Assembly (NCBI GenBank): GCA_039586365.1
Contig: JBDHKN010000008.1
Location: 1 to 64,000 of the forward strand
Source of the DNA: Gemmatimonadota bacterium
GTDB lineage: Bacteria > Gemmatimonadota > Gemmatimonadetes > Gemmatimonadales > GWC2-71-9
Direction of reading: 5' to 3'
DNA: 64,000 nt
Positions 18,658 to 28,394 of this stretch are shown here, one piece after another. Made by a program: the position numbers and the translations under genes. The stretch's first letter is position 1, and each line of letters starts with the position of its first letter. Under the pieces are notes generated by a model that was not told the DNA's origin, did no database searches, and saw nothing but the letters and a program-made list of their open reading frames with translations.

Positions 18658-20448
18658 CTACTCCCTGTACATCTCCTCAATCCGATCCCGGTACTTTGAC
18701 TCGACCACCTTCCGTTTGACCTTCATTGAGGGCGTCAAATCTCCAGCTTCGATGGTGAAGTCGTCCTCGATGATCATGACCTTCTTCGGCATCTCGTAGC
18801 TAGCTAGATCACGGAGACTGCCCATCACTTCTCGCTCAACCAGCGCGCCAACATCAGGGTGCTTCAGGAGTCCCTCGCGATCGACAGTCACGCCACGCTC
18901 ATCTACCCATTTCTGCACAGTGTCCGGGTCCGGGACTACCATCAGTATGGGATACTTGCGCTTGTCTCCGACCAACACTGCGTTCAGCACGAATTTGTTG
19001 TTCTTGACCATGTTCTCGATTGGCTGCGGAGCTATGTTCTTACCTCCCGCCGTGACTATGATGTCCTTCTTGCGATCGGTGATCTTGAGATATCCGTCCG
19101 CGTCAAGTTCACCGAGGTCCCCAGTGTGGAGCCATCCCTCATCGTCAATGACTTCCCGGGTGGCCTGTGGTTTGTTGTAGTACCCCTTCATGATGTTCGG
19201 TCCACGGGCCAGCACCTCCCCATCTGCAGCAATCCGCACTTCCACACCGGGAACTGGCTTACCTACTGTACCGATCCGCGGTGCCTCAAGCGGGTTTGCC
19301 GCGATCACCGGAGCCGACTCAGTGAGGCCATAACCCTCCAAGACAGTGATTCCTGCCGCGTAGAAAAACCGCGCGATTTCCGGAGAGAGGGGGGCACCAC
19401 CCGAGATGGTAAACCTTATGCGGCCTCCGGTGCGGGCCTGGATCTTCGAAAAGACCAGCCGGTCGGCTACCTGCTTCTTGATTGCGAGACCAGCGGATAT
19501 CGGTTTCCCGACCAGTTTGAGATCTGCCCAGTTCTCTGCAGTACGACGGGCCCAGAAGAAGATGCGACGCTTGATCGCTCCTCCTGCCACCGCGTTCTCC
19601 AGAACGCGAGCATAGATCTTCTCGAACACCCTGGGGACGAACAGTGCTATTGTAGGCTGTACCTCGATCATGTTCGCTCCCAGCTGCTCGGCACTCTCGA
19701 CGTAGTTGATTGTTGCTCCTGCGGAGAACATCGTGTAGTGTCCGGCCATACGTTCGAAACTGTGGGAAAGTGGCAGCAGTGACAGGCAACTGTCGGCTGG
19801 CCCGATGTCGAATACTCTCAGAGCAGCGTCCACGTTGGAAGCAATATTGTGGTGCGTGAGCATGACCCCTTTAGGGTCACCGGTCGTCCCAGAGGTGTAG
19901 ATCAGCGTGGCAACGTCGCCGCGCTCCACCGAGCACGCATCGTCCTGATAAGCAGGGTATCTTGATTCGGCCGCAACACCATGCTGGTACAGTTCTTCGA
20001 GGCTAAGCACACCAGGGCCGTCGATACCAGATTGGAAGCTGATGATATGCTTGAGGGCAGGCAAATCATCCCTGTGTTGCGCAATCTTCAGGTATTGGGA
20101 CTCGTCTTGCACGAATGCGGCGCAGGCTTCTGAGTCCTTGAGAATGTAGGCTACGTGGCTCGGCAGGAGCGTGGGATACACGGATACGTCAGTGCAACGG
20201 GCGGTCAAGCAAGCGTAATCCGCTATGGCCCACTCGGGGCAGTTCTCGGACAATATGGCTATGCGACTGGCCGGTTGGATACCCAGTTCCATCAACCCCA
20301 CCGCCGCGTGCTTTACCTTGCGAGCCAATTCTTGGTGCGTTATGTCGTGCCAGCCCTTCTCGGTTCTGTAGCGTAGTGCGGCACGCTTTGAGGCAAAGTT
20401 CTCCACCGCTCTGAAGAACAATCTTGTTAGAGTGTCCGGTGCGTTCAT
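18658..20448 (-). CDS. fadD: Long-chain fatty acid-CoA ligase (AMP-dependent synthetase)
   Basis: IYTSGTTGDPKG, EGYGLTE, WLHTGDLG, DRKKD, GKNIAP, LTPSMKVKR. Alternative start at 20487. Confidence 0.92.
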   Translation of the reverse strand: MNAPDTLTRLFFRAVENFASKRAALRYRTEKGWHDITHQELARKVKHAAVGLMELGIQPASRIAILSENCPEWAIADYACLTARCTDVSVYPTLLPSHVAYILKDSEACAAFVQDESQYLKIAQHRDDLPALKHIISFQSGIDGPGVLSLEELYQHGVAAESRYPAYQDDACSVERGDVATLIYTSGTTGDPKGVMLTHHNIASNVDAALRVFDIGPADSCLSLLPLSHSFERMAGHYTMFSAGATINYVESAEQLGANMIEVQPTIALFVPRVFEKIYARVLENAVAGGAIKRRIFFWARRTAENWADLKLVGKPISAGLAIKKQVADRLVFSKIQARTGGRIRFTISGGAPLSPEIARFFYAAGITVLEGYGLTESAPVIAANPLEAPRIGTVGKPVPGVEVRIAADGEVLARGPNIMKGYYNKPQATREVIDDEGWLHTGDLGELDADGYLKITDRKKDIIVTAGGKNIAPQPIENMVKNNKFVLNAVLVGDKRKYPILMVVPDPDTVQKWVDERGVTVDREGLLKHPDVGALVEREVMGSLRDLASYEMPKKVMIIEDDFTIEAGDLTPSMKVKRKVVESKYRDRIEEMYRE

Positions 20449-20487
20449 TGTCTGCCTACCGCCCTTCTGTGTGACTAGAACCGGCAT

Positions 20488-21249
20488 TCAGTTGTTCTCG
20501 AAGATCACCAGAAACCGTACGGGGGATCCCCGAACGGTTTCCCCTATTGCCGTTGAAACGTCGGCCTGCACTACAGCGCTGTCGGGTAGCGAAGCACCTG
20601 CTATCCTCCTGACAAAGGCGCGAGCCAACCCCATCTCATCGGTCCTCACAACCACTGTGTGAGGTGTCTCCTCAAGCACGGAGTCCTGTGGTGAGAGCAT
20701 GAGGAAGAAACCGGCAGCTTCCGCTCCATCAGGGTCCGGTACAACCACTTCAAACTGCACCGGTTTTTCAGATAGTGGAACTGCAGTTGCTGGTACCGTG
20801 GTGAGATCATAAACCAGAACCTCGAGTTTCGAGGAGGTGGTCTCTGTGGACGGCACTACGATGGTCAGATCCCCGCTCGCCATCACGGAATCCGGCGCTG
20901 CAGTTACGGACACGGTTATGTAGTCAGCCGGGGTGAAAGACTCGACCTTGGGCCGAACTCGGCCCTTACCCGGTGAATTGGCGCTGATCAGGCCACGTTG
21001 CGTGTCGAGGGAAAAGCCAACTGGAGCGCTGTCGGAGTCGACGTCAAGGAGCTCCCAGGTTATCTCCACGTCAGGGACAGTATCTCCCTTTGCGTCTATT
21101 GCCCGGGCCACCAACAGTAATGAATCGTTTTCTTCGACGGTCCGCTGCAGCGGTCCTTCCACCTCGATAGCGATGATCCTGTCGAGGTCTCCCGTGATTG
21201 AACTGCACGCGGTGACTACTATTGCCAGAGTGAGAAGGGATGATTTCAG
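20488..21249 (-). CDS. Putative lipoprotein with Ig-like domains, CTG start
   Basis: The frame extends upstream of the ORF-track start to (L/M)KSSLLTLAIVVTA-C, a lipobox, and is bounded by an in-frame TAG. GGAG RBS upstream and CTGA overlap with the upstream stop. Confidence 0.7.
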   Translation of the reverse strand: MKSSLLTLAIVVTACSSITGDLDRIIAIEVEGPLQRTVEENDSLLLVARAIDAKGDTVPDVEITWELLDVDSDSAPVGFSLDTQRGLISANSPGKGRVRPKVESFTPADYITVSVTAAPDSVMASGDLTIVVPSTETTSSKLEVLVYDLTTVPATAVPLSEKPVQFEVVVPDPDGAEAAGFFLMLSPQDSVLEETPHTVVVRTDEMGLARAFVRRIAGASLPDSAVVQADVSTAIGETVRGSPVRFLVIFENN

Positions 21250-21680
21250 CTAACTTCTCCAGCGTTCAATTCAGCAAGGGATCTCTGGGCGTGTTCAATC
21301 CACTGAGTGGCATCGGGACCTTGCGGCGGGCGCGCCAGGAACCGCTCAAGGTGTTTCCGGGCTTGTTCGGTCTCACCACGACGCAGCAGCAGAAAAGCGA
21401 GTCCATAATGAGCTCCAGCGGCTGTCGGGTCGATCTCCAGTGTGCGACGATAGTACCGTATGGCCTCGTCATGCCGGTGAGTCTTTGTGAAGGCGATTGC
21501 CATGTTCTGGAGAACCCTAGGATCCGTGGGATGATCCCGCAGCGCCAGCCGATAGGAAGTGAGTGCCGCGTCGTAGTCGCCCTGGCGTTCGAGGGCCAAC
21601 GCCTCGTTGAGGTAGTCGAGTCGCTGCGGCCGAAGATCTTTGCCACCGCGTCGTTTGAAGAGGCTTTTCCAAAAGGCCAT
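21246..21680 (-). CDS. TPR-repeat protein
   Basis: ALALERQGDYDAALTSY...NMAIAF...EAIRYYRRTLEIDP...AHYGLAFLL. Confidence 0.85.
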   Translation of the reverse strand: MAFWKSLFKRRGGKDLRPQRLDYLNEALALERQGDYDAALTSYRLALRDHPTDPRVLQNMAIAFTKTHRHDEAIRYYRRTLEIDPTAAGAHYGLAFLLLRRGETEQARKHLERFLARPPQGPDATQWIEHAQRSLAELNAGEVS

Positions 21681-21811
21681 GTCAAGCCGCAAGATATTCA
21701 AGCAGATAAACCGAGGCAACGCATAGACGGTTCTGTGCAACCGAGCGCTTCCCTCTGCCCCTTTGGCGGGAGTATGGCTAATTTCCACATCCCCAGGCTC
21801 TAGGCTTCGTT

Positions 21812-22348
21812 ATGCTTGATCAACATCGAGACGTCCTCGAGGTCGATTGGACCTTCTTCGGAGAGCTCTGCCGTGCACTGGCTTTGCGGATCAGCGGTGA
21901 CTACGATCCGGAACTCGTGCTCGGTATCACCAAGGCCGGAGTGATACCGGGGGCAGTCGTCGCCTCTATCCTGCAACGTGATTTCGCTTCAATGGGGGTG
22001 ACTCGAGTTGGAGCGTCCACTCGGCCCACTCTAGTGATCGAGCCTCCACCAAGCGTCACTGGGCGTAGAGTGCTCATAGTGGACGAGACTTGTGATACCG
22101 GGGATACACTGAAGCTCGCCACATCCGCAGTCCTCAGAATGAATCCCGCCGAAGTCAGGACCGCCGTATCGTTTCGTACCAGATCCTACGAGCCAGACTA
22201 CCACGCGATGTCCACCGAGAGCTTCATAATCCTGCCATGGGATCGTGAGGTGATCGTGGGTGGGGAGCTGGTGCTACGGCCGGCTTACGCGGATAAGTTG
22301 GGGAGCGACACTGCAGACTTCCGTCAGTCAGAAAGCACTGATTCGTAA
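21812..22348 (+). CDS. Type I phosphoribosyltransferase (Gpt-like)
   Basis: GITKAG, PRPP-binding loop VLIVDETCDTGDTL, IILPW. Confidence 0.88.
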   Translation: MLDQHRDVLEVDWTFFGELCRALALRISGDYDPELVLGITKAGVIPGAVVASILQRDFASMGVTRVGASTRPTLVIEPPPSVTGRRVLIVDETCDTGDTLKLATSAVLRMNPAEVRTAVSFRTRSYEPDYHAMSTESFIILPWDREVIVGGELVLRPAYADKLGSDTADFRQSESTDS

Positions 22349-22875
22349 TCCCGTCCCGCCGCGAGCGCTTCATAGACCGCTTCCATGGTTTCCGGGGCGC
22401 CAACCAGGAACCGGCAGCTGGGATCAGTGCGGGAGCGACACTCCACCTCCATGACGGCGACCGGAGTGCCTGACATCCTGCCAATGAAGTCGGCGAACAG
22501 TCCCGCGGCCAGGTAACAGGACGGTAGCTCGGAGCCCTCACCCGGGTCAGCCTCCGCCCAATCGGAAGAAGTGATTGCCAGAGCCGATCTCCCCACCCGC
22601 TCGATAGCCAGGTTGCCCCAACCCAACTCTCGGAAGAAGGCCGATAGCACAGTACCCAAGGCGCGCGCATCCAAGTCTGCTGGGTTGCTTACCCCGGTGT
22701 TAGCAGGGAGCCACCTGCAGAAGCTGCCGTAGACTTGCTCACCAGCAGCATATCCGGCTTCCTGTAAGCACACAGCGGCTTGATCTCCCAGGTCCCGTGT
22801 TAGCGAACGGCGCAGTGCATGGAGGGCACCACTTCCCACGCCGAGTATATTCTGAGTCGATGTGTGGGCAGTCAT
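22324..22875 (-). CDS. Stand-alone V4R-domain protein
   Basis: AGYAAG, LGWG, C..AAG...G...EVECRS...CRF V4R pattern. Confidence 0.85.
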   Translation of the reverse strand: MTAHTSTQNILGVGSGALHALRRSLTRDLGDQAAVCLQEAGYAAGEQVYGSFCRWLPANTGVSNPADLDARALGTVLSAFFRELGWGNLAIERVGRSALAITSSDWAEADPGEGSELPSCYLAAGLFADFIGRMSGTPVAVMEVECRSRTDPSCRFLVGAPETMEAVYEALAAGRDYESVLSD

Positions 22876-22937
22876 GGCTAAGGGCTTCAGTTCGTGTCTT
22901 CGAGAACTTAGGTCGAAGACTCCAAGCAGCGCAAGCG

Positions 22938-23720
22938 TTAGATGCCTTTCGCCTCCTCCTGGATGACAGTCATGGCGACCTCAACAAGACGATCGAGCTC
23001 CTCGCCCGAGGTCCGCGACAGCATACCCTCGCCCCACGCGCCCTCGTGGTGTGCGTAGGTCCCAAGCAGGCGCCTCAGAAAGCCGACTAGAGCAATTCGC
23101 TCGAAATCGGTGCGACGCGCTTCTTCGGCCTTATCAGACTGTCTTCTTGTCAATTGCTCGTACCGGTAGGCGTTACGGAGCATCTTGGCGGCGAGTCCTG
23201 CTATGACCTTGGTGAATCTCACATCTCGATCGGAGAACGCCTTGCCGTCCCGGAAGGTGCGGAGGAAAATGGCTCCGATTGCAGTGCCCCGCCACACGAT
23301 AGGAACGACGGTGATGGTTTGGACGCGGCGGTTCTCCAGCACGCCCTTGACGTGCTTCAACGTGGGATCGCTCTGTGCGTCGGGGATGTACACCGTCTCG
23401 CCTGACTCTACCGCTCGCCTGAGTTCAGGATAACGATCCAGGTCGACCACGTAATTGCGGATACTCGGATCCTCGTATGAGGCTACGAGCCGCGCTCTGG
23501 TGGTGCCCTGATCGATCAGAAAAATGGAACAGCGATCCAAACCGAAGGTCTCACCGAGCCTACGTGTTATCATCTGTAGGATATCAACGAAATGAAGCGT
23601 ACCAGAGATATCTTGCAGAATGTCGACGGTGGCAACCAGCAACCTCTGTTCGTGCTCCAGTTCCTCGATTCGTGACTGTAGCTGCTCAACAGGAGTTTGT
23701 TCGGTTTGAAGATCGGTCAT
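22938..23720 (-). CDS. Stand-alone GAF-domain protein with coiled-coil N-terminus
   Basis: DILQMIT...LDRCSIFLID...GETVYIPDA...VVPIVWRGTAIGAIFL...FSDRDVRF. Confidence 0.85.
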   Translation of the reverse strand: MTDLQTEQTPVEQLQSRIEELEHEQRLLVATVDILQDISGTLHFVDILQMITRRLGETFGLDRCSIFLIDQGTTRARLVASYEDPSIRNYVVDLDRYPELRRAVESGETVYIPDAQSDPTLKHVKGVLENRRVQTITVVPIVWRGTAIGAIFLRTFRDGKAFSDRDVRFTKVIAGLAAKMLRNAYRYEQLTRRQSDKAEEARRTDFERIALVGFLRRLLGTYAHHEGAWGEGMLSRTSGEELDRLVEVAMTVIQEEAKGI

Positions 23721-23823
23721 ACCTAACCCGTGAGGTTCTCTGTAAAGGAACCTGAAGTTTGCCGGTCTCGACGGATATCCGTCAAGGTACTAGAATCCGG
23801 GAACCTGCGTTGAAAGGAATTTC

Positions 23824-25179
23824 GTGCGAAATCTCTTGTTGATTGCTGCCCTCGGCCCGCAACTTGCCGCGCAGTCGGTACCGCCCGCAGCAACGCCGAT
23901 CGAGGACCTGCCCGGCGCCGGCCGCCCAGTGGCTCTTGAAGCCCATCGACTGCGGCGGGCTGCGTTGCTCGAACGCGTCCCGTCAGGCGTAGTCGTGATA
24001 CCTGCAGCCGCACGGCGAGGCTCAGATGACAGGGTGTTGCAGGACAGCGACTTTCGGCAAGATGACTACTTCTTCTACCTGACTGGTGTGGAGACACCGG
24101 ATGCGTGGTTGTTACTAACGAAGTCAGTCGAGGGACCGCAGACCATCCTTTACTTACCGGTAGCCGATCCGGCTCGTGAACAGTGGACCGGCCATATGCT
24201 GGCACCCGGTGAGACTGCCGCCAAACTCACTGGGATCGCAGACGTTCGTCCGTTAGACGCTACGGATCTGGAAAGTGCGATCGAAGGGGCGATTCTCGAG
24301 AATCCGGGCCCGGTGTATACATTGTTGCTGCGCGGTCGCAGCGACAATGCGCCAGTGCAGCAATGGGTGAGATCGGGGTGGGAGTTACGCAGTATCACGC
24401 CGGTCCTGGATAGTATGCGCGTCGTGAAGGACGAGGGAGAGCTCGAGGCACTGCGCCGAGCGATCGCGATTACGGTCGAGGCTCACAGAGCCGCAATGCG
24501 TGCAGCGCATCCAGGGATGTACGAGTACCAACTTGAGGCAACTATCGAATACACGTTCCGTAGTCACGGTGCAGATCGAGTTGGATTCCCTTCGATAGTA
24601 GGTAGTGGACCCAACAGTACGATCCTGCACTACGACGTTAACCGAAGACAGATGGGGGACGGGGACCTCCTCGTCGTGGACATCGGCGCCGAGTATGCAC
24701 AGTATACGGGAGACGTGACCCGAACCTTCCCAGTCAACGGCCGATTCACCGCGCGGCAGAAGGCGATTTACGATTTGGTGCTCGCAGCCAATCAGGCAGT
24801 CATCGACGCAGTTCGGCCTGGGATGACCATCCGGGAGTTAGGGATCCTCGCCCGTCAGTATATGCAGGCCAACAGTGGCACTCTGTGCGGCGAGGGCGGC
24901 TGTACGCGATACTTCATACACGGGTTGAGCCACTGGCTCGGGATGCGCGTGCACGATGTCGGTGACTACGCGATGCCCTTGGAACCAGGGATGGTATTGA
25001 CCGTCGAACCTGGTATATACATTCCGGAAGAAGAGTTGGGTGTCCGTATAGAAGATGATGTGCTCGTTACGACCGATGGCTGTGAGGTTCTTTCTGTCGG
25101 GGCGCCAAAGAGCACCGATGAAATTGAGCGGCTGATGAGACAAGGCGCTGGCAGCGGTGGCGCAAGGAGGCACCAATGA
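23824..25179 (+). CDS. pepP: Xaa-Pro aminopeptidase (M24B) with signal peptide
   Basis: FRQDDYFFYLTG, TILHY, DIGAEY..YTGDVTRT, HGLSHWLGMRVHD, TVEPGIY, GVRIEDD. Confidence 0.93.
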   Translation: MRNLLLIAALGPQLAAQSVPPAATPIEDLPGAGRPVALEAHRLRRAALLERVPSGVVVIPAAARRGSDDRVLQDSDFRQDDYFFYLTGVETPDAWLLLTKSVEGPQTILYLPVADPAREQWTGHMLAPGETAAKLTGIADVRPLDATDLESAIEGAILENPGPVYTLLLRGRSDNAPVQQWVRSGWELRSITPVLDSMRVVKDEGELEALRRAIAITVEAHRAAMRAAHPGMYEYQLEATIEYTFRSHGADRVGFPSIVGSGPNSTILHYDVNRRQMGDGDLLVVDIGAEYAQYTGDVTRTFPVNGRFTARQKAIYDLVLAANQAVIDAVRPGMTIRELGILARQYMQANSGTLCGEGGCTRYFIHGLSHWLGMRVHDVGDYAMPLEPGMVLTVEPGIYIPEEELGVRIEDDVLVTTDGCEVLSVGAPKSTDEIERLMRQGAGSGGARRHQ

Positions 25180-25520
25180 AAGAAGAAGATCTGGAACTGC
25201 TCGAGGACGAGATCGAGGAAGAAGATCTGGAGGATGAGGACACCGAGGACGAAGAGGAGCTCGCCGGATACGGCGCCTTCAGTGCCGCGAGGGGCTTCGC
25301 CGCCGGGTTGATAGTCGGTGCACTCCTCGGTGCGGGCATTGCACTCTTGGTCGCGCCAGACCGAGGTGAGACGATCAGGAAGCGTCTGGGCACAGGGTTG
25401 CGCGATCTCGGAGATGATGCTCGCGGCCAACTGAGAGATTGGCACGGTGACGCTCGCCGTGAGGTTGGTAAGCAACGGCGCAGGCTGCGACGACGATTGC
25501 GGAAGGTGCGGCGTCGTTGA
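25176..25520 (+). CDS. YtxH-like protein
   Basis: GFAAGLIVGALLGAGIALLVAPDRGETIR motif, acidic N-terminus, Arg-rich C-terminus. Confidence 0.8.
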   Translation: MKEEDLELLEDEIEEEDLEDEDTEDEEELAGYGAFSAARGFAAGLIVGALLGAGIALLVAPDRGETIRKRLGTGLRDLGDDARGQLRDWHGDARREVGKQRRRLRRRLRKVRRR

Positions 25521-25535
25521 GTAGCCACCGCGGTG

Positions 25536-26321
25536 TCAGTTCTTGGTTCGGATCTCCTCGAGTAGCGCAGCCGCAGTCTCTTTGTGCACGGGATCATCTA
25601 CGTCGGTAACTGGGAGACTTTGAACTTGGCTCAACTGTTCCTGGGCCTCTCCGTAACGTCCGAGATCGATGAGAACCTGGGCTAGCTCGAGCCGGTGGAA
25701 GATGTACTCCGGCTCTAGCTCTATGGACTTTTCCAAGTGTACGACGGCGGAGTCCCAGCTTGCCATGTCCATGAACCCACCTCCCAGGAGCGTCTTGGCG
25801 ACGAAGCGTGTTACGCCAGAGAGGCGCCTTATCTCTGCATGCCAAGCCCCGAGTATGTGGTGAGCACCCGCATGATTGGGATCCAGCTCCAGGGCTCTTG
25901 CAGACTCATTGTAGATCTCCTTTCCGTACTGGACACGTTCCTTGCCGCCTTTGCTGCGCGAAACCCGGCCCAGAGCGTTCGAAAGCATGAAGTGTCCTTC
26001 TGCTCCCAGGGAGTCAAGGCGCACAGCCTGATCGGCATACAGTCTGGCGACCCAGTACAGGCTGTCGCTCTTCTCACGGTCATCGCTACCCCGGAGTTGC
26101 TTCGCTACGTCGATCTGAGAGCGAGCAAATTTCCATAAGGCCTCATAGCTTTCAGGGCTAGCGAAGTAGGCTGCACGGAAATGCTCCAGCGACTGTGCTG
26201 GCTTCATCGCTTCGTATAAGCTGTCCCCCATAGCCATGTGCTCTTCGTATGTCTGAGCCGTGGCGGGGATTGCGAGGACCATGAAAACGACTGGGAGACC
26301 GGAGACCGAGACAAGGCGCAT
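25536..26321 (-). CDS. Exported TPR-like protein
   Basis: Signal peptide ending ATA/Q, TPR-like helices (ALELDPNHAGAHHILG, IELEPE...LELAQVL). Confidence 0.8.
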   Translation of the reverse strand: MRLVSVSGLPVVFMVLAIPATAQTYEEHMAMGDSLYEAMKPAQSLEHFRAAYFASPESYEALWKFARSQIDVAKQLRGSDDREKSDSLYWVARLYADQAVRLDSLGAEGHFMLSNALGRVSRSKGGKERVQYGKEIYNESARALELDPNHAGAHHILGAWHAEIRRLSGVTRFVAKTLLGGGFMDMASWDSAVVHLEKSIELEPEYIFHRLELAQVLIDLGRYGEAQEQLSQVQSLPVTDVDDPVHKETAAALLEEIRTKN

Positions 26322-26361
26322 GGGTAGACTCCATGTACAGTGCGACTGAGCGAAGATTGAA

Positions 26362-27693
26362 ATGTCGGTGATTCCCCTGATCGAACGCAAGCGAAACGGT
26401 GCGGCTCTGACCGCCGGTGAATGGTCGCACCTGATAACTGAATACACAGCCGGCCAGGTACCGGAGTACCAGATGGCCGCTCTCTTGATGGCGGTTTTTC
26501 TAAATGGTCTCACCCAAGAAGAATTGGACGCGATGACCGAGGCAATGACCGGATCGGGTTCACGATTTGAGTTTGGGCCCGATGTTCCGCCTCGGATAGA
26601 CAAGCACTCCACAGGCGGAGTTGGCGACAAGGTCTCCCTCGTTCTGGCGCCGTTGGTGGCGAGCTGTGGAGTCGCTGTGCCCATGATGTCGGGCCGTGGC
26701 CTGGGTCATACCGGCGGGACTCTCGACAAGCTGGAGTCCATACCGGGCTTCCGCACAGATCTCCGCATCGCTAGAGCTCGCGAGCAGGTTGAACGCATTG
26801 GGTGTGCCTTGATCGCACAGACTGAGGAGATCGTGCCAGCAGATCGGAAGTTGTACGCTCTACGTAATGCCACCGCGACCATCGAAGCAATTCCTCTAAT
26901 GGCAGCTAGCATCATGTCCAAGAAACTGGCAGAGGACCTCAACGGCTTGGTGCTTGACATCAAACGGGGAAGTGGGGCGTTCCTCCCTGAGCTGAAGGAC
27001 GGCCTGGATCTCGCTCAGACGATGGTGGCACTGGGAGAGAATCGGGGATGTCCTACCGTCGCCCTCGTGACCGCGATGGATCGACCACTCGGTAGTGCGT
27101 GTGGTAATGCACTTGAGACCTTGGAAGCGATCAGAGCACTACGAGGGGATGGACCAGCTGACCTGCTGGAGATCGTTTACGCCCTTGGGGTTGAGATGCT
27201 CCTGCTTGCAGGTCTGGAGAAGGATGGTGTAGGTGCTCGGCGAAAGCTCGAGCAGGCCCTGGGATCGGGCGCAGCCGCCGAGAAGTTTGCTGCCATCGTT
27301 GAAGCTCAGGAGGGGGATCCCCAGGTGCTCGAGAAACCCGACATGCTACCGCAAGCTCGACTTCGGGAAGACTATGTTGCTCCACAATCCGGATATGTCA
27401 CCCGGGTGGATCCGCGGCGCATAGGACGGGCTGTGGTAGAGCTGGGGGGGGGGCGGCAGACTACCGCAGACGCGATCGACCACTCTGTCGGCTTTGTGAT
27501 CACCGCTAGACCGGGTGACTCAGTCGCTGGAGGTGAGCCCCTCGCAACGGTTCATGCGCGGAATGGCGCGGGTATTGCCCTGGGTATGAGAACGCTACAG
27601 CAGGCCATTGTGATCAAGTCAAGTCCGGGTGGCGTAATCACCCCGCTTGTGTCTCATCGTGTCACCAAGGATGGGGTGGAGACCGTGAATTAA
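26362..27693 (+). CDS. pdp: Pyrimidine-nucleoside/thymidine phosphorylase
   Basis: DKHSTGGVGDK, SGRGLGHTGGTLDKLESIPG, ASIMSKKLA. Confidence 0.95.
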   Translation: MSVIPLIERKRNGAALTAGEWSHLITEYTAGQVPEYQMAALLMAVFLNGLTQEELDAMTEAMTGSGSRFEFGPDVPPRIDKHSTGGVGDKVSLVLAPLVASCGVAVPMMSGRGLGHTGGTLDKLESIPGFRTDLRIARAREQVERIGCALIAQTEEIVPADRKLYALRNATATIEAIPLMAASIMSKKLAEDLNGLVLDIKRGSGAFLPELKDGLDLAQTMVALGENRGCPTVALVTAMDRPLGSACGNALETLEAIRALRGDGPADLLEIVYALGVEMLLLAGLEKDGVGARRKLEQALGSGAAAEKFAAIVEAQEGDPQVLEKPDMLPQARLREDYVAPQSGYVTRVDPRRIGRAVVELGGGRQTTADAIDHSVGFVITARPGDSVAGGEPLATVHARNGAGIALGMRTLQQAIVIKSSPGGVITPLVSHRVTKDGVETVN

Positions 27694-27697
27694 GACT

Positions 27698-27943
27698 TCA
27701 GTGTTCCCGATCCCGGGGACGCCTGGGAACGCCAGGTCCCCAATCGGGCAACTCATCGTCGGCTTCCTCAGGGCTGATCGCTGCATCGAGGCTGGCGATC
27801 TCCTCCTCGGCTTCCGCGAGAATCTCGTGATCCAACTGCTCACCGTACCGACCACGGCGCCCATGGTCTGCCGGTTTCCTGGGTACAATCACGAACACCG
27901 CGAACACGAGTACGCAGATGAACAGGATGATTAGAAGTGGCAC
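27698..27943 (-). CDS. Small single-TM membrane protein
   Basis: Hydrophobic N-terminal helix and acidic tail ending DWGPG. Directly follows the arsC stop. Confidence 0.6.
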   Translation of the reverse strand: MPLLIILFICVLVFAVFVIVPRKPADHGRRGRYGEQLDHEILAEAEEEIASLDAAISPEEADDELPDWGPGVPRRPRDREH

Positions 27944-28381
27944 CTATCTCTTCCCCAGCTGTACATCCCAGAATGATGCCAGCTTCTGCTTGATATCGTC
28001 ACGAACAGTACGGAACACGTCAAGCTGGTACCGGATCATGTCACCTTCGGCTGCCGGATCTGGGAGAGGCCAGTGGAGATGCTGCGTACCGGTGCTGATC
28101 GCAGGACACACTTCTTCTGAACACAGTGTGACGACAACGTGGGCTTCATCGATAGGGATGTCTTCTATACCCTTGGAACGGTGGTGACTGATATCTATGT
28201 CGATTTCTCGCATTACCATGATCGCAAGCGGGTGCACCATGTTCGGTTGGGTCCCAGCGCTGTAGATACGCCATCCGCTAGGCGCAGTGGCTCGCGCCAA
28301 TCCCTCCGCCATCTGACTCCGCGCAGAATTGGCGACGCAAAGGAAGACGATCGTCGATGTGTGTTCGGAAGCGGACGTCAT
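27944..28381 (-). CDS. arsC: Arsenate reductase ArsC (thioredoxin-coupled, LMW-PTP fold)
   Basis: CVANSARSQMAEG, VVTLCSEEVCP, HWPLPDPA. Confidence 0.85.
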   Translation of the reverse strand: MTSASEHTSTIVFLCVANSARSQMAEGLARATAPSGWRIYSAGTQPNMVHPLAIMVMREIDIDISHHRSKGIEDIPIDEAHVVVTLCSEEVCPAISTGTQHLHWPLPDPAAEGDMIRYQLDVFRTVRDDIKQKLASFWDVQLGKR

Positions 28382-28394
28382 AACGAGTGGAGAT

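Noticed and set aside
18859..19782. Long antisense ORF (307 aa) and similar shadow ORFs across the window
   Set aside because: They lie opposite well-supported genes, lack motifs, and are expected in GC-rich DNA.
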